Shown piece by piece: positions 62,980 to 64,000 of a DNA stretch of 64,000 nucleotides. Origin of the DNA: Antedon mediterranea (Eukaryota; Animalia; Echinodermata); the NCBI RefSeq assembly GCF_964355755.1, contig NC_092670.1, positions 39,048,388-39,112,387 of the forward strand. Reading direction: 5' to 3'. Position numbers and translations under genes: made by a program. The notes under the pieces are model-generated. The model had not been told where the DNA came from. It saw only the letters and a program-made list of their open reading frames with translations, and searched no databases. Each line of letters starts with the position of its first letter. Position 1 is the stretch's first letter.

Positions 62980-64000
62980 AAATAAAATATGGGGTTTTCA
63001 TGAATAAAAATAATCACAGAAGAAAGTGCTTACGAATATGACCTTGTGAAACGGTAATTTGAAAATGCAAATAAGGCATGCCTGCTAATAATCTACAAAT
63101 TTAAATTTGTATGAGATAAATATGCAAAATCTAAAGAATATCTCATTTTTAGTTACCATAGTAACTGTTGCTATGCATAACTAAGGGAAATTAAATAATT
63201 ATCAGATAATTATTAATTAATAATTATTACTGAATCCAACCATCACAGTAAAAAAAATATAGAATTTAAAACCAATAAAGTGTGATATTTTACATGCTGA
63301 CCTTAAATGAAATGAAATTTCAAATCAGGGCTTCAATATTTGTTATGTAGCATTAACATACCTGAGTATATCATTGACTTTTGATTGGTTCTATTTTGGG
63401 GAGGGGAAAGTGGTGGATCCAGGACTTTTAAATAGTTAGGTGGTTGAAGGCGAGGGTCTAAAAACTTAACTTTATGTCCTATCTTTTGCATTGCAATTTT
63501 TAACTTGGGGTGGGTGGGGGCTTGGAGAAAAGGGGGAGGTGGTTGGATGGAGGAGTTTGAATCCGTCTATTCATTGGGGCGATAGTAGCGGCAGTGTGGG
63601 TGGTGCTTGAATGCATGCATTTGACACTCTATAGTGGATGATCGACCAAAGTGTTGCAGTTTATCTTTTTGTGGTTATAGTCAGGGTGGGGGTGGGGAGG
63701 GGTGGTAGTCGAAAGTGGTGGTGGATGGGCATATGGGATCTGCTTAGGTTAGCAAATAAAAGAAGTAAACAAATGAAAGAGGAGCTTCAAAATAAGAGAG
63801 GAGTAATCTGTTGCAAAGATTAAAATTCACAACGATCTGATAATTTATTCAAATTTCCAGAGGATATAACCTATAAAATGACATTAAAACTGGGAATTAC
63901 AGAATCTATAATTAAAAATTTATTTTTTTTCTCACAACACAACTAGAACTATATAAAACATTAAGAATTTTTCTGACCAATGAGTTTCAAATCAAATAAT

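Overview
This is eukaryotic, AT-rich, intron-rich animal DNA. It is probably from an invertebrate deuterostome such as an echinoderm, inferred from the hyalin-type repeats and a Deu-domain SINE. The window holds two head-to-head, divergently transcribed paralogous genes for giant HYR (hyalin-repeat) proteins that are predicted to be secreted or surface-exposed. Gene A (minus strand) has a signal-peptide exon at 35508-35577 followed by 51 HYR domains in 52 exons (32631 down to 443). That gives about 4,200 aa, and the gene runs off the left edge. Gene B (plus strand) has a signal-peptide exon at 46856-46919 followed by 12 HYR exons (50378-60369), about 1,015 aa, with no stop or last exon seen. 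Every HYR exon is GT-AG flanked, phase 1-1 and a multiple of 3 long, so the exons form a frame-neutral cassette array with one domain per exon. The single exception is one domain split by an extra intron. The introns and the 11-kb intergenic spacer carry several MITE families, tRNA-derived SINEs, an L2-type LINE fragment, a 3.5-kb decayed DNA transposon nested in a SINE, and mini/microsatellites. Exon boundaries were read by eye from splice signals and are not transcript-confirmed.
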